Shown piece by piece: positions 21,490 to 25,098 of a DNA stretch of 25,098 nucleotides; position 1 is the first letter of the stretch; every line of letters begins with the position of its first letter. This DNA is from Amoeboradix gromovi X-113 (Eukaryota > Fungi > Sanchytriomycota): assembly GCA_018985225.1 (NCBI GenBank), contig JADGIF010000061.1, positions 1 through 25,098 on the forward strand, read 5' to 3'. The notes beneath the pieces are model-generated. The model was given only the letters and a program-made list of their open reading frames with translations. It had not been told where the DNA came from and did not search any database. Position numbers and translations under genes: made by a program.

Positions 21490-23766
21490 ATGTTGTCGTC
21501 TTGTAGCAGAGTTAGTCCGTTGCACAAAAAGAAAAAAGTTGAAAGAATATTATGTTACAATTCTGACAAAAAGAACTACAGCATCTGCTGCTTAATAGGG
21601 AATGATTTACATTTGATAATTGATAGATGCAAAACAGATGATAGCTTTGAAAGAGCATTAACGTACTATATGCCAAGTATGGTGTTACTAAGCTCCAGAC
21701 ATGAGTTTGAAATTGAAATATGTGAACTGAGACAGCTAGAATATGAGTTAAAGCCAAATATGGATTTTAATTCAGATAACGGCTTGCGATCATTGGACCA
21801 AAGATGTAAAAAAACCAGAGAAGAGATAGAGTTTATGGTTTCATTTGAGCAGTACCTTGTTCTGACTTGCTGTTCTGTATTATTTTCATATACTGACTCA
21901 CAGGGCTCTACAATTGATATTGACGAGCTAATAGAAAGCGAAATCGATAATCTAATGCTTTTGAATGAAGACGCGTTGTTATCCTTGGATATATTCTATG
22001 AAGAACATCATCCAAATCAGAATATGCAAAAATCAAAAGAAAGCTTGTCGCTCTTTGGGATCTTTAATCATACCAAGTCGTCTTATGGATGCAAAACATT
22101 AAATCAGTGGTTCCGCTGTCCTAGTACTGACAAAGCAATAATTATGCATAGACAAGCCGCTGTTGAGGAACTGTTGCTGGCAAAACATCAGAAAGTATTT
22201 GACAAGCTGAGAAAAGCGCTGTCAATAAAAAGCCCACAGAAAGTTATGAAGGAAATTGCTCCTGGCTCCTCACATCATGAATGGAAAGCTTTACTAGGCT
22301 TTTGTGAATCTGTTTTCAAAATCCACCAATTTATTCAGGAAATGACTTTTGGCAATCCAAATAGCTGTTTATTGTTGCTAAACAAGGAGCTGGATGTAAA
22401 ATCGCTTAAGGATGTTAGCTTGACCATAATCCAAGTTGTGGACTTTGAAAAGAGTTCGACCGAAAATAGGGTTTGTGTCAAAACTGGCTTGGATCCTCAA
22501 CTCGATGAGATTAGAAACAGATATGACACCATATCATCAGAACTAACCAGAGCTAGTGAAGAACTGTTGACTAGGTATGTTCTTTCGTCAATGTTCCCAT
22601 TCGCGGAGACTCTCAACGTTGTTTACTTTCCACAGCTTGGATTCTTAACCTGTCTAACTTTTAGTAACAATGTATTCCCAGATGCAGAAATTTTAGATCA
22701 ATCGCCGTGGAATTTGCAATTTGAGTCCCAAAACGGAATTTACTTCAAGAATGAGCAGATGGTAGAAATGGATGATCAGATCGGAGACATTCAGCAGATG
22801 CTTGTAGAGAAGGAAATAGACATATTGTATCAGCTTATTGTCTATATTAGGCTGTCATTAGACATTCTAATCAAAGCTGAGAAATCATGTGGAATTATTG
22901 ACGCTCTTGCAAGTTTGGCTGTAAGTGCTAAGCTTTATAACCTATCAAAGCCTACAATTGTTGACGAAATGGAGATAACATTTAAAGAAGGCCGTCATTT
23001 ACTTCAAGAAATGTGTGTCAGTCAATTTATAACGAACGATTTTACGACTAAGGATATCAATAAATGCATCTTGATAACGGGACCCAATAACTCAGGTAAA
23101 TCTGTAATTTTAAAACAGATTGGAATTCTTTCAGTCTTATCGCAAATTGGTAGTTTCGTACCATGTTCCATGCTCCGAATTAGTATATTTGACAGAATTC
23201 TAACAAGAATTAAGAGCGTAGAAAGCGTAAGTCGTCAGAAATCAAGTTTTATGATAGATCTGCAACAGATTGGTTACTCTATTAGAAATGCGACTAATGC
23301 GCTTGTTTTATTTGACGAGTTTGGCAAGGGCACTCGAAATCAAGATGGAATAGGATTACTAGCAAGCACTATCAAGCACTTTCAACAAATGGATCATTTT
23401 GGATTCTTATTTGCAACTACACACCACTTGGAAGTTTACAAGTATCTTGAGCATCTAAAAGTCGAGTTTTATAAAATGACAACAGTTAAAAACGCAAATG
23501 GAACATTGACTTTTATATATCATCTAGAGCCTGGCTCAAGTTTGTCTTCGTATGGAATTGAATGTGCTAAAAGTGTGGGTATGCCTGATGAATTCATTGA
23601 CAAAGCATTCAAATACTTTACAGCAATACAGAATGAGACAGCTATTCACTTAGAGATCGAACAGGATGACCTTAAAATGAATAGAGTCTTGACTGCATTG
23701 GGCGTTATGGCATTAGAAAGCGAAGAAGATGTGGAAGAGTTGAGAAAGCTTTTTTTGAGTAACTAA
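21490..23766 (+). CDS. MSH5: Meiotic MutS homolog 5
   Basis: KESLSLFGIFN, VVYFPQLGFL, ITGPNNSGKS, SSFMIDLQQI and DEFGKGT. No mismatch-binding domain I. Confidence 0.92.
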   Translation: MLSSCSRVSPLHKKKKVERILCYNSDKKNYSICCLIGNDLHLIIDRCKTDDSFERALTYYMPSMVLLSSRHEFEIEICELRQLEYELKPNMDFNSDNGLRSLDQRCKKTREEIEFMVSFEQYLVLTCCSVLFSYTDSQGSTIDIDELIESEIDNLMLLNEDALLSLDIFYEEHHPNQNMQKSKESLSLFGIFNHTKSSYGCKTLNQWFRCPSTDKAIIMHRQAAVEELLLAKHQKVFDKLRKALSIKSPQKVMKEIAPGSSHHEWKALLGFCESVFKIHQFIQEMTFGNPNSCLLLLNKELDVKSLKDVSLTIIQVVDFEKSSTENRVCVKTGLDPQLDEIRNRYDTISSELTRASEELLTRYVLSSMFPFAETLNVVYFPQLGFLTCLTFSNNVFPDAEILDQSPWNLQFESQNGIYFKNEQMVEMDDQIGDIQQMLVEKEIDILYQLIVYIRLSLDILIKAEKSCGIIDALASLAVSAKLYNLSKPTIVDEMEITFKEGRHLLQEMCVSQFITNDFTTKDINKCILITGPNNSGKSVILKQIGILSVLSQIGSFVPCSMLRISIFDRILTRIKSVESVSRQKSSFMIDLQQIGYSIRNATNALVLFDEFGKGTRNQDGIGLLASTIKHFQQMDHFGFLFATTHHLEVYKYLEHLKVEFYKMTTVKNANGTLTFIYHLEPGSSLSSYGIECAKSVGMPDEFIDKAFKYFTAIQNETAIHLEIEQDDLKMNRVLTALGVMALESEEDVEELRKLFLSN

Positions 23767-23795
23767 ATTCCAATAATGCAATAAATTTATTTTTA

Positions 23796-24485
23796 TTAAA
23801 GCTCTTTAGATGTAGAAACTTTTGGTATTTCTTTTCTCATGATGATGTCTAAGTCTGTTTGGCTAACTGAGAATAAAGGTGAATTGTGCACAAGCTTGGA
23901 TTCTATATTATATCTTTTCGATATTAGCGATTTTAAGCCGCCATCAATAGGTAAACTACTCAAAACCTTCAGCACAGGCAAGTCAGAGGGTCTTACTTTT
24001 AAAAACTCAATACATTCATTGAATGTTTGCTCAAATCGTTGCAAAAAGTTTAAAGCCAGAATCCGAGTGTACCAAAATCCATAATCCTGTTTGGAGTGTA
24101 TAATAGATTCATCCAAAAGTTTTATAGCAGTATACCTGTCGTTCAACTTCATAACGCAACGTAAAGCGGAATCCAATACAGTGCGTGAATTACCATTGCT
24201 AACTTTTAAGTACGTACTTGGCTTATTTTTTGTGTCGTAATCTTCAGCAGCTATATCAGAGTCTATTATTTCGAGACATAGTGCTAAGCATTTGCTGTAT
24301 TTCTTAGTTAGGTAAAAATAATTTAATGTATTAATTTTGGATTTAACTGTCGTTCCATGGGCATACTCAAGATCTTTTAGATTCTTATAAACGGGCTTAT
24401 AATCCTGACTTCTATTAATTCTTGCGAACCTATCCTTAGGAGTCGCAATCAAATCATCGTCAAATTCGAAAAGCGTTTGCGACAT
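23796..24485 (-). CDS. Hypothetical protein (229 aa), possibly TPR-like
   Basis: ATG-initiated ORF with helical segments such as FWYTRILALNFLQRFEQ. Confidence 0.65.
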   Translation of the reverse strand: MSQTLFEFDDDLIATPKDRFARINRSQDYKPVYKNLKDLEYAHGTTVKSKINTLNYFYLTKKYSKCLALCLEIIDSDIAAEDYDTKNKPSTYLKVSNGNSRTVLDSALRCVMKLNDRYTAIKLLDESIIHSKQDYGFWYTRILALNFLQRFEQTFNECIEFLKVRPSDLPVLKVLSSLPIDGGLKSLISKRYNIESKLVHNSPLFSVSQTDLDIIMRKEIPKVSTSKEL

Positions 24486-24489
24486 GCTT

Positions 24490-24566
24490 TATGAAAGGGG
24501 ACGCACTCTATGATTTCTAGGTTAGGGGTAAATCTAGTAGAAATACATAGGTCCCATATCATGTCA
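24490..24566 (-). ncRNA. Candidate Fanzor1 omega-RNA / 3' end hairpin
   Basis: Directly after the stop codon: GGGAC-CTATG-t-ATTTCTA-(18 nt)-TAGAAAT-CATAG-agtgc-GTCCC. Confidence 0.55.
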
Positions 24567-25098
24567 CTATGCAGCGACACTTTGTTGCCACAAAGATTTT
24601 TCATTAAAAAGTAGATAAGATTCTACTACTTCCATAACATTATATACAGCATTCACATCTCGATCTAACGTTACGAGGCAATGTTTACATTGTCGTAATC
24701 GAAGTCTTCTAGAGCGAATTTTAATCCATTCTTTATCTTCATTCAGGTGATGACATCCCGAACAAGAATGATTACCAAGGTCCTTTTAGATAAAGCATAA
24801 GTTAACTTTTTGTTCATGGCAGATTCACATCCGTGGCTATTATGTTTATAAGACCCATCTCCATAATAAATGACTTTCTTATTCTTTTTGATATTGGTGT
24901 ATCTTGTCTTTTTTCTCTTATGATCATTAAAAGACATATTGGTCGCCATCACTTGTCCACATTGAACTTCTTTATACACTAGATCCATTATTTTCTGTTC
25001 TATTTGATACCGTCTAAATCTTAATTTCTTACAAGTTCTCGTCCCATAATGATGTCTTACTTTGTTAAAATAACGATGAACAACAACAAGATACTCTG
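24567..25098 (-). pseudogene. Fanzor1 C-terminal half, frameshifted; continues beyond the window
   Basis: KKLRFRRYQIEQK...KVIYYGDGSY...ALSKRTLVII, frameshift near 24766, then CSGC...CKHCLVTLDRDVNAVYNV...* with TAG at 24569-24567. Confidence 0.88.

Overview
AT-rich, very gene-dense eukaryotic nuclear DNA, probably from a fungus or close relative with a compacted genome (taxon is inference; the standard code fits). Intergenic gaps are mostly 1-40 bp. Housekeeping genes: mitochondrial uS13 and uS9, GPI10/PIG-B, an LPCAT-type acyltransferase, RPB2, RPB3, DBP2, an RPC31-like subunit, MSH5, a probable Rif1 head-to-head with a probable Rap1, and four unknown ORFs. The main finding is that all five gaps over 500 bp (1274-1980, 5080-5715, 14100-15080, 20390-21400, 24490-25098) hold decayed Fanzor (eukaryotic TnpB) elements. 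Two kinds occur. One is Fanzor2-like, with about 5 copies of a conserved three-hairpin 3' scaffold (candidate omega-RNA) ending in a GGACTTTTAAYGAGGAG-like motif, often back-to-back. The other is Fanzor1-like, followed by a long hairpin. No intact Fanzor ORF lies in the window. Also notable are three 19-20 nt spliceosomal introns and a highly structured 150-nt DBP2 intron. All alignments and folds were done by eye.
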